From a virus (taxonomy: Duplodnaviria; Heunggongvirae; Uroviricota; Caudoviricetes), in IMG/VR virus record IMGVR_UViG_3300036982_001423: a stretch of DNA of 64,000 bases; one strand, 5' to 3'. Shown piece after piece: positions 28,808-37,988 of this stretch. A program made the translations under genes and the position numbers. Below the pieces are notes generated by a model. It was not told the DNA's origin. It saw only the letters and a list, made by a program, of their open reading frames with translations, and made no database searches. Position 1 is the stretch's first letter, and every line of letters starts with the position of its first letter.

Positions 28808-29218
28808 ATGTATATGCAGAACTCAAATGGCAACACTGGGCAGGAACGAAGTCTGGAAAATCCAATACCCGATCCGCTTGATACTACTATCTCGGCATTG
28901 AAACACGAAAGCGACCTGAAACGATGGAAATATATTGAGCGATTAGCGGCATTTGAACACGACCAGTGGATCGGATATTCCATGTCGATCTTACCCGCAT
29001 TTGACGAGTATATTACGGTATTCAACGGTTTAATTGATCATTACAATTTAACCCCAAAAGACCCGTTATACAAAACGGTAAAACGGTTAGATGAAGAATA
29101 CCGGGAACGTAACCGCAAATGGGCTGAATGTCGGTATAGTTTCAGCAAATTACCGTTTGAACAGAAAGAAAAGTTCCGGTATATGGGAAGGCAAGCTTAC
29201 GAGAGGATGATCAAATGA
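28808..29218 (+). CDS. hypothetical protein (MYM start)
   Basis: GAGATGAATGTATATG. Confidence 0.6.
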   Translation: MYMQNSNGNTGQERSLENPIPDPLDTTISALKHESDLKRWKYIERLAAFEHDQWIGYSMSILPAFDEYITVFNGLIDHYNLTPKDPLYKTVKRLDEEYRERNRKWAECRYSFSKLPFEQKEKFRYMGRQAYERMIK

Positions 29219-29361
29219 GTGGTATTCAAGAACCCCCGGATAATTATTACTTGCCGGACGAAGATTTCCGGTTGATGGAGAGCCTGTATATACAGACGCG
29301 AAAACAAGAACGGGCAGAAGCAGAGTATCTGCTCAATCACGCATATCAACAGAGAAACTAA
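29215..29361 (+). CDS. small hypothetical protein (48 aa)
   Basis: ATGA overlap. Confidence 0.45.
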   Translation: MSGIQEPPDNYYLPDEDFRLMESLYIQTRKQERAEAEYLLNHAYQQRN

Positions 29362-29841
29362 ACTATATATACACTCATAAAACGAGTCGTTCTTCTATGA
29401 AGTTTGGACTCAAATGGCTCCAAATTTTGATGTATATACACAAACTTTGGCAAACGAGTTCGAGGGTCGTTGGGGGAACACAAGATATTTCTTTTTTGAG
29501 GGTGCATATAAATTAACACTCCCGTAAGGTAGCAGCCAAGCCTATCTCACTTTGGATGAGAAAACCCCGGCGCGAATCCGGGCGGGAGAATGGGATCATG
29601 CAGGAGCGTTACGCTCTCAATGCATTCCCGTTTAAAACATGATTCACGGCAATTGGTAAGACCCTGATGATCTAAAAAGATGTATGTGAGATGGTATAAA
29701 TTATATGAGAGATTGTTGATGAACGCTAACCCGATAGGAGTACTACTATCAGGGTGTGTTTGTTTCATCCGGCTTGTGGTTCGCTACCACATCCCGGATT
29801 TTACCCGTTAATGGGTTTTCTTTTTAAAAGGAGATATTATT

Positions 29842-30201
29842 ATGAGGACATGCATCCACTGTAACGTAGAAAAAGATACCACCGAATTTTATAGGATGAA
29901 AAAGGACAGTAAAGGTAAACAATTGTGGTGTAAGGACTGTCAGAATGAGTATGCGAATACAAGGTATCAGTGGAATTTAGCCAATGTTCCAAACTATCTA
30001 AAAATACGGAATGAATACCAGAAAGAATATTCCCGCAAACGGCGCAGAGCCGCAGGATTACCGGAGCGGGGAGTTCGTGGTGTATATACAGGAGTTGTCT
30101 GTACTATGATCAAGACCCATCACGAAGAATTAAAAAATGATCCGGAACATCTTACGACAGAGTTCATACAGAAAATATTGGGTAGAAAATGTAACCAATA
30201 A
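29842..30201 (+). CDS. Zn-ribbon protein
   Basis: SD AAAAGGAGATATTATT-ATG; CIHCN...CKDCQ; followed by T7 run. Confidence 0.6.
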   Translation: MRTCIHCNVEKDTTEFYRMKKDSKGKQLWCKDCQNEYANTRYQWNLANVPNYLKIRNEYQKEYSRKRRRAAGLPERGVRGVYTGVVCTMIKTHHEELKNDPEHLTTEFIQKILGRKCNQ

Positions 30202-30278
30202 TTTTTTTCTTCCTCCGTATAAACCCCTATTAGTCAGAGTGATATGGTCTATGGGGGGTACAGGAGTTTGATAAGCAA

Positions 30279-31202
30279 ATGAACGATGAAGATTTAATCC
30301 CTTTTATTAAAAAGGCATTCGTACTAGGTATTGTAATTGTAATTATTATGTTCATTCTCTCATTGATCGGAGGGATAATCATTACAGTTCCCGCCGGTAG
30401 TGTGGGTGTGCAGAACACTTTTGGAGTTGTAGACACAAATCTGTTACAGCCGGGATTGCATATAAAAAACCCATTCACAGAAGTCATAAATTATAACACA
30501 CGCACCATGAAATATATGGATTACGGTAAATCAGACGTAGCGACAATCACAGCCTTATCAAACGACGGGCTTGAAACAACAATGGGTATCGCAGTCAATT
30601 ACCGGATTAACCCGGAGAAAGCGGCAGAACTATTCAAACGAGTAGGTACAGATTATTCCGGTGTGATTATGGTAAATCCAATTCATTCAGTACCCAGAGA
30701 TATGATCTCAAAATACGACACTAAAACGTTATATTCAGCATCACAAGAGGGCAGTTCAGACCGGACGAAACTGGAACGCGAACTATATGCGTCAGTAGCA
30801 GACCGCATTAACGAAATGGGTGTTAAAGATTCGATTATTATTGAACAGGTATCAATCCGTAACATAGATTTCGTACAGACGTATAAAGATTCAATTGCAT
30901 CGAAAATGAAAATGGATACCGAAATTCAACAGAAAAAACTTGAAGTTGATAAACAGGTAATGGAAGCGAAACGGGTATCCGCAGAAGCAGAGGGTACAGC
31001 GAACAAAGCCCGTATTGAAGCGCAAGGCAAAGCTGATGCTGCAAGGATCGAAGCGCAAGGTATGGCAGATGCAAGTGCGAAATTAAGTCTTGTATCGGAT
31101 AACTACATTAATTTGTACTACTTGCAGACCATGAAAGATAATCCGAAAGCGATATACATCCCCGTAGGTCAGAACGGATTACCGCTATTCAGATCAGTAT
31201 AG
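30279..31202 (+). CDS. SPFH/band-7 (stomatin/prohibitin/HflK-like) membrane protein
   Basis: N-terminal TM helix, band-7 core (GSVGVQNTFGVV...LQPGLHIKNPF), C-terminal coiled AEAEGTANKARIEAQGKADAARIEAQG repeats. Confidence 0.8.
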   Translation: MNDEDLIPFIKKAFVLGIVIVIIMFILSLIGGIIITVPAGSVGVQNTFGVVDTNLLQPGLHIKNPFTEVINYNTRTMKYMDYGKSDVATITALSNDGLETTMGIAVNYRINPEKAAELFKRVGTDYSGVIMVNPIHSVPRDMISKYDTKTLYSASQEGSSDRTKLERELYASVADRINEMGVKDSIIIEQVSIRNIDFVQTYKDSIASKMKMDTEIQQKKLEVDKQVMEAKRVSAEAEGTANKARIEAQGKADAARIEAQGMADASAKLSLVSDNYINLYYLQTMKDNPKAIYIPVGQNGLPLFRSV

Positions 31203-31283
31203 TAATATGAATACATATACATTTTTTGAATGATGACGGTTCAACCCGTATTATTTAATTAAACATATTAGGGAGTGTAAGAA

Positions 31284-31421
31284 ATGATGACAGAACCAGA
31301 AATTCGAGATATGCGGAACGAATATTGGACGATACTCGATAAAACGAAAAACAAAGTTGAACGTGAACGAATTGCATCGATCATACTGATATTCGACGTA
31401 GTATTAGGAGAACACGATTAA
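31284..31421 (+). CDS. small hypothetical protein (45 aa)
   Basis: SD AGGGAGTGTAAGAA-ATG. Confidence 0.45.
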   Translation: MMTEPEIRDMRNEYWTILDKTKNKVERERIASIILIFDVVLGEHD

Positions 31422-31422
31422 T

Positions 31423-31716
31423 ATGCCAGAAACCTGTGAGAACCGATGTGAGAATTGTGTATATGTAGATCGTGGATACGATGATTGCAGCCACATGATC
31501 CATTTCATATCGGATAGGTGTCCGATCTATGGAAATGCCGGGATATACATCCAAGTAAATCAAAGGCATCTGCCCATTGAAATGATCACTTGTTGGATCG
31601 GGTGCAACCATTTCAGGCTTGACGAAGAATACAAACAAAAATGTGAAGAAACCGAAAAGTTCATTGAAGGAATGAACAAACAATGGGATGAAACGAGGGC
31701 GAAGAATGACCAGTGA
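31423..31716 (+). CDS. Cys-rich protein
   Basis: CENRCENC...C..CP..C pattern. Confidence 0.55.
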   Translation: MPETCENRCENCVYVDRGYDDCSHMIHFISDRCPIYGNAGIYIQVNQRHLPIEMITCWIGCNHFRLDEEYKQKCEETEKFIEGMNKQWDETRAKNDQ

Positions 31717-32092
31717 TAAAGAACGATACATCAAATTCGCTGATAGTATGTTCAAATTACCGCAGGATATCAATCCCCCCGTTACCAAAGAGGAACTTGA
31801 TCGTATTGCAAGTGGATGTAACCCCTGCATACATGACAATTTGGTATGTGAGGCATGTCCGGAAAGCACCCCAAAATTAATTCAAGCCATTCTCTCCCGT
31901 CCAGACCCGCTTACAATACTGGAAGCGTGGACAGACCACGAGTACGATAAATTACAAAATTGTGATGGATATGAGGAAATCATAGACTTCCTAAAAAATC
32001 TGGTGTATTATCAGAAAAAGGTCATCAAACAACTCCGCACCAATCCAGAAGCGGTGCGACAACAGGGGATTAAAGAGGGATGGATACAATGA
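31706..32092 (+). CDS. Cys-containing hypothetical protein
   Basis: CNPCIHDNLVCEACPE. Confidence 0.5.
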   Translation: MTSDKERYIKFADSMFKLPQDINPPVTKEELDRIASGCNPCIHDNLVCEACPESTPKLIQAILSRPDPLTILEAWTDHEYDKLQNCDGYEEIIDFLKNLVYYQKKVIKQLRTNPEAVRQQGIKEGWIQ

Positions 32093-32508
32093 CAGCCACA
32101 GTAACAATTGAATTAACCGAAAAACAGGCGGGTGTAATAATGCAAGCATTAGAACTATACTCTCGTCTGAAAATGGGACAATTTGAAACTATCACAGATA
32201 GTTTTTTCATGGATACTTTCGACAAAGAATTAAAACGCCCGGTATTCGATCAGGATATGGCAAGGGCGTATTTGATGCAATCTCGTGCAGTGATATTCAC
32301 GGACTTACAACACGGTGCATATATAGGCATATCGCATACCGGAGAAAGTTCTAAAATATCATGGGATATTTACCAACAGTTGCGGCACGACCTATGTGTA
32401 TATACAAACCCGAAACCGTCAATTGATCAGAGAGGCAGATCGTATGACAAACCCCATGCGTTATCGAAACAACCATTACCGAGGGTAGTAATAACCGACG
32501 AGGAATAG
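32089..32508 (+). CDS. hypothetical protein
   Basis: ATGA overlap. Confidence 0.5.
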   Translation: MTATVTIELTEKQAGVIMQALELYSRLKMGQFETITDSFFMDTFDKELKRPVFDQDMARAYLMQSRAVIFTDLQHGAYIGISHTGESSKISWDIYQQLRHDLCVYTNPKPSIDQRGRSYDKPHALSKQPLPRVVITDEE

Positions 32509-32509
32509 A

Positions 32510-32854
32510 ATGTCGCACAGATACTTAAAAATTCGTAGCTGTAACGAATGCCCGAAAATAAAAAACAATTCGTATTCATTACCGTTTTGTAACCAACCGG
32601 GCATATCCGCAGTATTAATCCTAAAAGATTTAAGCAGTATTCCGGCAGACTGCCCGTTAGAAACTGAGTATGATATCTGCACACAGATCAAGACGAAGTT
32701 TGCCGACCAGATACTTGAATATCTAATACCGAAACGGGAACGAATATCACGCATATCGCCGTCCTCTTTAGGCGTTCTTGACAGTATTATTGTAATGATC
32801 CAGAAGATGAAAGAGAGTGAAAAAAATGGAACAGATAAAGATAATTTGGCTTGA
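32510..32854 (+). CDS. Cys-containing hypothetical protein
   Basis: CNECPK...C...C. Confidence 0.5.
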   Translation: MSHRYLKIRSCNECPKIKNNSYSLPFCNQPGISAVLILKDLSSIPADCPLETEYDICTQIKTKFADQILEYLIPKRERISRISPSSLGVLDSIIVMIQKMKESEKNGTDKDNLA

Positions 32855-32959
32855 CTTGATCAATAAGATCACAATCAATCCGCATGGACGGCACATCAAC
32901 CCCTCAGTAAACACCGTACAGCAGTATGTATATGTATCTACAAAAAAGGAGAGATAACC

Positions 32960-33304
32960 ATGACAGACAAAATAGAACAAATTGGTTGTTGGGTCGGGTT
33001 AATGTTAATTTTTGCATTCGGTATAGGTAGTGCTCTGTGGTTACATCAACCAAATAACGAACTTATTACTAATATCACCGTTATAGAAAAATATTCAATC
33101 GGTGCAATTCCGGGGGGTAAATCAGTACAGTATGTACCCTCAAAAATCATTGATGAAAAAGGGAATTTATATATTATCTCACAAGAGCCATTATGGGCGA
33201 AATTAAAAATCAATCAAACCTACGAAGTAAGGATTATCACGACAAATGCGGGTAGTCAAAAAGTAATCAATGCAGTACGAATTGACGGGATGTGGTGGCA
33301 ATAA
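32960..33304 (+). CDS. membrane-anchored protein
   Basis: SD AAAAGGAGAGATAACC-ATG; N-terminal TM helix. Confidence 0.55.
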   Translation: MTDKIEQIGCWVGLMLIFAFGIGSALWLHQPNNELITNITVIEKYSIGAIPGGKSVQYVPSKIIDEKGNLYIISQEPLWAKLKINQTYEVRIITTNAGSQKVINAVRIDGMWWQ

Positions 33305-33447
33305 TGTCAGAAGTTATTTTTGAACAACGGATGATTGATCTATTAGAACAAGCCGGTGAACATGCATTTGAAGTGATGATTGAACAATACCGGATTAACC
33401 CGGAGGCTATGCAAGCGTTATATGGAGATCCGAATGACTACCACTGA
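33304..33447 (+). CDS. small hypothetical protein (47 aa)
   Basis: TAATG overlap. Confidence 0.4.
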   Translation: MSEVIFEQRMIDLLEQAGEHAFEVMIEQYRINPEAMQALYGDPNDYH

Positions 33448-33790
33448 TAGAGAATTAGACGAGTTCCATCCGTTGGTGCAGCAGAAGAAAGCAAAGGATA
33501 TGATGGTGGAACGCAAACACGCAAAAATCCAGTTCGTCTTATCTTGGCGACAAGGAGTTATACCGTGTGAATGGATAGATCCGTTCATGGGTGTATTCCA
33601 TAAGATCGGTGAAACCGGGATGATCACTATAAACGGTTTACCGAAAGATTCATTGATCATCGGTCAGCATTTCGTGGAACTGGATACAGGTGAAAGTCCG
33701 TGTAAATTTTGTAACTCAATGGGTGTCCGATGTCCGGACGACTCGTTGTGTGATGTATATACAGCGTTCAAAGAGACGGCGAGAAAATGA
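33434..33790 (+). CDS. Cys-containing hypothetical protein
   Basis: C-terminal CKFCNSMGVRCPDDSLC. Confidence 0.5.
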   Translation: MTTTDRELDEFHPLVQQKKAKDMMVERKHAKIQFVLSWRQGVIPCEWIDPFMGVFHKIGETGMITINGLPKDSLIIGQHFVELDTGESPCKFCNSMGVRCPDDSLCDVYTAFKETARK

Positions 33791-33996
33791 CACAAGAGAA
33801 AAAGATTATTTTAAAATATACGGTTGAAATTTTGGTTGAAGGGTATGGGGACAAACCCTATTTCAAAGAAATTGCAGAGCGTTCTATTAAGGACTTATTT
33901 TTAGATATCACATCGGCGCATGTAACCAAAGGTTCGGCTACCGTAAAGATCAAGAAAACAACCATTCTGCAATGCGAAGATATGGGGGAACCATGA
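33787..33996 (+). CDS. hypothetical protein
   Basis: ATGA overlap. Confidence 0.5.
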   Translation: MTQEKKIILKYTVEILVEGYGDKPYFKEIAERSIKDLFLDITSAHVTKGSATVKIKKTTILQCEDMGEP

Positions 33997-34220
33997 AACC
34001 CCCCTTCTTACCTTACCAAAATAAATGTGCAGTATGCGGGTGTGAAAAAGGCGGGTTAGGGTATTGGTATACAACTAAATACGAGCCGGGCGTCTTAAAA
34101 CCGTGTAATCAGTTCGCTCATACAGTAAACACATTCACTTGTAACGCTTGCGGCGCAACGACCTTTTACGAGCAGATCCCGGTAATCACAAGCGTCCAGT
34201 TTGTAGGGGAATTACAATGA
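33993..34220 (+). CDS. Zn-ribbon protein
   Basis: CAVCGC...CNACG. Confidence 0.55.
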   Translation: MKPPFLPYQNKCAVCGCEKGGLGYWYTTKYEPGVLKPCNQFAHTVNTFTCNACGATTFYEQIPVITSVQFVGELQ

Positions 34221-34393
34221 CATTATATGTAGTAACAATTTATCTCAAAGAAACCGGGTTTGAAAAATCATCTTCATCTACATATGGCGAAGTACGCGAT
34301 GCAGTTGAGGCGTATAATAATGCAGTTATTGATCCCCGCACTCTATATGCATATTTATCCGAAACATGGGCGACATTCATGAATATGGGATGA
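34217..34393 (+). CDS. hypothetical protein
   Basis: ATGA overlap. Confidence 0.5.
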   Translation: MTLYVVTIYLKETGFEKSSSSTYGEVRDAVEAYNNAVIDPRTLYAYLSETWATFMNMG

Positions 34394-34563
34394 TAAAAAT
34401 GGCGATTCAAGCCATAGCGCAGTGTGAATGTGAAAAATGTAAAAGTGATCTTTTCCATGTCAGGAACGAATATTTAGGCAATTTTCCTACCCCGCCCTAT
34501 ACGAAAGTAACCGTGATCTATTGCAGTCAATGTAAAACGATTTTAGGGAAGGTGTATCCATGA
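34390..34563 (+). CDS. Zn-ribbon protein
   Basis: CECEKC...CSQC. Confidence 0.5.
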   Translation: MIKMAIQAIAQCECEKCKSDLFHVRNEYLGNFPTPPYTKVTVIYCSQCKTILGKVYP

Positions 34564-34823
34564 CAGAACCCAAATTCATCCCGTTCTTTAGCATATTAAA
34601 TTTAATCTTTGCCGGAATAGCGGGATATATTAGTTATTTCATGGGTTTAGCATATAATGTATCCACAGGTAATAACTTCAACCCGTTAATAATGGTATTT
34701 TTGATTTCAGGAATATTCCTAATATTTGCATTAGTCATAGGAGTTATGGAATACACGCTGTATATACAGAACGTAGACGAATACAAACAATTAGACGAAA
34801 TGTTCGAGAGGTATCCACTATGA
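34560..34823 (+). CDS. membrane protein
   Basis: two TM helices. Confidence 0.55.
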   Translation: MTEPKFIPFFSILNLIFAGIAGYISYFMGLAYNVSTGNNFNPLIMVFLISGIFLIFALVIGVMEYTLYIQNVDEYKQLDEMFERYPL

Positions 34824-34984
34824 AGAAAATTGATTATACAGTTCCGTATTCTGAATGGGAAGTATTCTGTTCAAAATGCGGGCATAAGGGGCGAGTAGCA
34901 GACTTCCCGGAGAAGCGATGTACAGTGTGCCAGAATGATATGTTCTATCACGGTAACGGCTTTGTAAAGAGGTTGAAAGAATGA
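34820..34984 (+). CDS. small Zn-ribbon protein (54 aa)
   Basis: CSKCG...CTVCQ; ATGA overlaps both ends. Confidence 0.5.
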   Translation: MKKIDYTVPYSEWEVFCSKCGHKGRVADFPEKRCTVCQNDMFYHGNGFVKRLKE

Positions 34985-35205
34985 CGGATCACGATGTTTG
35001 TTATGAGTGTCTGTGTCTTGCAAAATACAAAATATTTCCGGGCAGCATAACTCCAGATGAAGCACGACACCTACCAAGAGAACTTCAATATTGTATGGTA
35101 TCTGGACGACTATTAACTACCGAAATTAAAACACAAATTGCAGATATTGGGTGCATGTCAAGATTACCCCATCTAAAACCTCTCTGTGGAGATGATAACG
35201 AATGA
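34981..35205 (+). CDS. Cys-rich hypothetical protein
   Basis: CYECLC. Confidence 0.5.
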   Translation: MTDHDVCYECLCLAKYKIFPGSITPDEARHLPRELQYCMVSGRLLTTEIKTQIADIGCMSRLPHLKPLCGDDNE

Positions 35206-35357
35206 CCGACACGGAACTTTATGTATGTACAGGATGTGACTTAAACTGTAAATTACGGCAGAACAGTGAAATGGAAAAGCAATTCCCTACAATTTGTCCT
35301 CACGAAGTATTACCCTATTATGAAACAACGCCGTGGAAACTCAAGGTGAAACCATGA
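35202..35357 (+). CDS. small Zn-ribbon protein (51 aa)
   Basis: CTGCDLNC...CPH. Confidence 0.45.
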   Translation: MTDTELYVCTGCDLNCKLRQNSEMEKQFPTICPHEVLPYYETTPWKLKVKP

Positions 35358-35566
35358 AATATTTAGTAAAATATTCAGAACATCAATGCAGATGTATTAC
35401 CGTCGAAGCAGATACCGCAGAGGAAGCTGAGCGAATGGTGATGGACGGCGATGTAGATTATGAAGATTCAGTTGAAGAAAAACAACGTCGTGCAAACGCA
35501 TTAAAATGGGAAGAAAAACGCAAAGCCGATGAACTTGCCCGTCTTGAACAACAGGCAACTCCATAA
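35354..35566 (+). CDS. hypothetical protein
   Basis: ATGA overlap. Confidence 0.5.
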   Translation: MKYLVKYSEHQCRCITVEADTAEEAERMVMDGDVDYEDSVEEKQRRANALKWEEKRKADELARLEQQATP

Positions 35567-35583
35567 CCTTTTTTGGTGGTATT

Positions 35584-35781
35584 ATGATCGAATTAACGGA
35601 ACAGGATTTAACTGATATCACCGTCGTATTGGTCAGAATAATAATGCTGATTGATGTAGAACACCAAAATCGGTCACGGTATGGCGAATTACATGATAAA
35701 ATACAAATTATCAGACGTAAAAATGGAACATTTGTGAGTGTAGATTCAAATGAAAAAAACCGCAGAGAAACCACAGAGTAA
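35584..35781 (+). CDS. hypothetical protein
   Basis: 65-aa ORF. Confidence 0.45.
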   Translation: MIELTEQDLTDITVVLVRIIMLIDVEHQNRSRYGELHDKIQIIRRKNGTFVSVDSNEKNRRETTE

Positions 35782-36478
35782 TAATAATGTATATGCAAAA
35801 ACATGCCTGTTAGATTCCATGCATATTGGGGAGTTCGAGGAGCTGGGTATTCCAGTAAACCAGAGAGTAAAATCCGATGGGGTTGAATTTCTGAAAACCT
35901 TACCGGATCATAGTATTCCGTGTTGTTTCTTCGATCCGCAATACAGAGGCGTATTAGATAAAATGAATTACGGGAATGAAGGTGCAAGGCAGAAAGGCAG
36001 GGCGACTTTAACTCAAATGGACGTAGTTAAAATTGGCGAGTTCTTATACGAGATTGACAGGGTATTAGTGCCGTCAGGACATTTGTTCCTTTATTGTGAC
36101 AAATTCCATTTAGTTGAAGGAATAACCAGTTGGTTTGAGTGTACTGATTTGAACGTAGTTGATCTTATCACATGGAATAAAGAGAGGTTCGGGATGGGTT
36201 ACAGGACACGCAGAATGGCAGAATATTTAGCCGTATTACAGAAAAGCCCGAAACGAGCTAAGGGGATATGGTCTATCCATAATATTCCGGATGTATGGTC
36301 AGAAAAACAGATGAAAGATCATCCGCACTCAAAACCGATAAAGTTACAGTCAGCGTTGATTGAAGCGGTTACAAGAAAAGGTGATGTAGTGCTTGATCCC
36401 GCAGCAGGTTCGTTCAGTGTAATGAAATCTGCATATACAGTTGGCAGACATTTCGTGGGCTGCGACTTGGAGGGTTGA
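35750..36478 (+). CDS. DNA N4-cytosine/N6-adenine methyltransferase (beta-class amino-MTase; start uncertain, alternative ATG 35819)
   Basis: Catalytic motif IV FFDPQY (DPPY-like) before AdoMet motif I VLDPAAGSFSV; permuted order typical of beta-class. Confidence 0.75.
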   Translation: MKKTAEKPQSNNNVYAKTCLLDSMHIGEFEELGIPVNQRVKSDGVEFLKTLPDHSIPCCFFDPQYRGVLDKMNYGNEGARQKGRATLTQMDVVKIGEFLYEIDRVLVPSGHLFLYCDKFHLVEGITSWFECTDLNVVDLITWNKERFGMGYRTRRMAEYLAVLQKSPKRAKGIWSIHNIPDVWSEKQMKDHPHSKPIKLQSALIEAVTRKGDVVLDPAAGSFSVMKSAYTVGRHFVGCDLEG

Positions 36479-37119
36479 TTAGCATGGTGTATATACAGGA
36501 AAGTTTTCCGGGGCGAGAAGATGGCAGTTACACCCTATTATTTGGCGATGAACAGATCGGGTCGTTAATTAGTGCCGTCCACGCAACGGCGATCAGGATG
36601 GGTACTGAGTTAGAACATCTGGTTACAGAACTGGCACAGACGATAGATAATAGTAATCTGGATGCGTTCTTCAACAAGACGTTAAAACCGGGTGTATATG
36701 TAATCCCGAAAAAGACCATGAAAGATAAACGGTTACGGTTCGACCAACAGCCGGATGTAATTGTTGTAAACGTAACGCAGAACAGTTGTAAGGTTATCGA
36801 GATCAAACTGGGAGATCAATTTGATACGAAAAAATCCGCAGGAGAAGTTGAAAACTTAAAACTATATGCGGATAAACTCAATCGAGCGACTAATTACAGG
36901 GTATCGTATGCGATTTGCATGTGGTATGCGAAAGATAAAGCAGCCGTAATTACAGGGTTTAAAGGCACAATTTCACCCGCAGAAGCATTGACCGGAGCAG
37001 AGTTCTGTCAGATGGTAGGTATCAGTTACAAAGATATTAATGCCCGTATTGCACAGAACCAGAAAGCGAACAGGGATTTTCTGTTCAGTAAAGTGCATGA
37101 ACTACAAGGGAGGTATTAA
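36475..37119 (+). CDS. candidate PD-(D/E)xK nuclease (possible restriction endonuclease partner of the MTase)
   Basis: ATGA-coupled to MTase; QPDVIVVN ... KVIEIKLG fits PD-x(n)-ExK spacing. Confidence 0.5.
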   Translation: MISMVYIQESFPGREDGSYTLLFGDEQIGSLISAVHATAIRMGTELEHLVTELAQTIDNSNLDAFFNKTLKPGVYVIPKKTMKDKRLRFDQQPDVIVVNVTQNSCKVIEIKLGDQFDTKKSAGEVENLKLYADKLNRATNYRVSYAICMWYAKDKAAVITGFKGTISPAEALTGAEFCQMVGISYKDINARIAQNQKANRDFLFSKVHELQGRY

Positions 37120-37120
37120 A

Positions 37121-37516
37121 ATGGATAATACAAAACTTACAGATATTCATGTCAGATATCACCGTAACGGGATTGGCGGAGAAGGGTTCTTTGCGATCCA
37201 TTTCATATCTAAAGGTGACGGCAGCGACAAGATGTATGACGGTAAACTGATATGTGTAATCGTACCGGGTGCAGAGGAAAGCGACGACCAATATGGATTT
37301 ACGGGTCAGTGTTACGTGGTAAAACCGAGCAGACCTGATTTGTGTTTCAGGGGAGATAATTTTGAACCTTATATGCGTGACATTCTACATGCGTATGAGT
37401 TATCATGGGATAGCGAATACCAGAAACACTCAAAAGCCGGTACAATCATGGAAGGCATGACGTTCAAGAATATAGATGAAGTAACGGCGATTATTAAAGG
37501 CGGGAATGGTAAATGA
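37121..37516 (+). CDS. hypothetical protein
   Basis: SD GGGAGGTATTAAA-ATG. Confidence 0.55.
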   Translation: MDNTKLTDIHVRYHRNGIGGEGFFAIHFISKGDGSDKMYDGKLICVIVPGAEESDDQYGFTGQCYVVKPSRPDLCFRGDNFEPYMRDILHAYELSWDSEYQKHSKAGTIMEGMTFKNIDEVTAIIKGGNGK

Positions 37517-37545
37517 CAATCCTATCATGCATGGGGTAGAATTAT

Positions 37546-37845
37546 ATGAATGAATTGAAGGTGATAACCACAGGCGGAAATGTAATGCGTGTATATACAG
37601 TTCAGGAGATAGACGACCTCAAAATTCTACGACACAAAGAAACTATATCCACAGGGAATAGGCAATATGTGATTGGGAATACAACGGGTTACGGGATTGC
37701 TGAAGGGTTATTCATGTGCTGTATATGCACACCGAAATGGAAATGGACGGAGGATATTTCAAAAGCATTACGTTTCAATTACGAAACGGCAATAAGGATT
37801 ATCCATAAAAAAAATTGTGTAAAGTTAATTGAGGTTCGAGAATGA
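37546..37845 (+). CDS. hypothetical protein
   Basis: 99-aa ORF. Confidence 0.55.
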   Translation: MNELKVITTGGNVMRVYTVQEIDDLKILRHKETISTGNRQYVIGNTTGYGIAEGLFMCCICTPKWKWTEDISKALRFNYETAIRIIHKKNCVKLIEVRE

Positions 37846-37988
37846 CTGTAGCCAAATGCCATTCATGCGGCAGAGAATTAATCGCACCGTATGACGGACA
37901 CCCGTATTGGTGTGTCGAATGTTCGTATGAAGATGAACTGAAAGAACGAGCGAAAGAAAATAAGGTGAGGAATAATGAAACCAGATAA
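37842..37988 (+). CDS. small Zn-ribbon protein (48 aa)
   Basis: CHSCG...CVEC. Confidence 0.45.
   Translation: MTVAKCHSCGRELIAPYDGHPYWCVECSYEDELKERAKENKVRNNETR

Noticed and set aside
29560-29600. tRNA-like T-arm (CCCGG-cgcgaat-CCGGG)
   Set aside because: Loop sequence does not match TPsiC consensus and no acceptor, D or anticodon arms could be paired.
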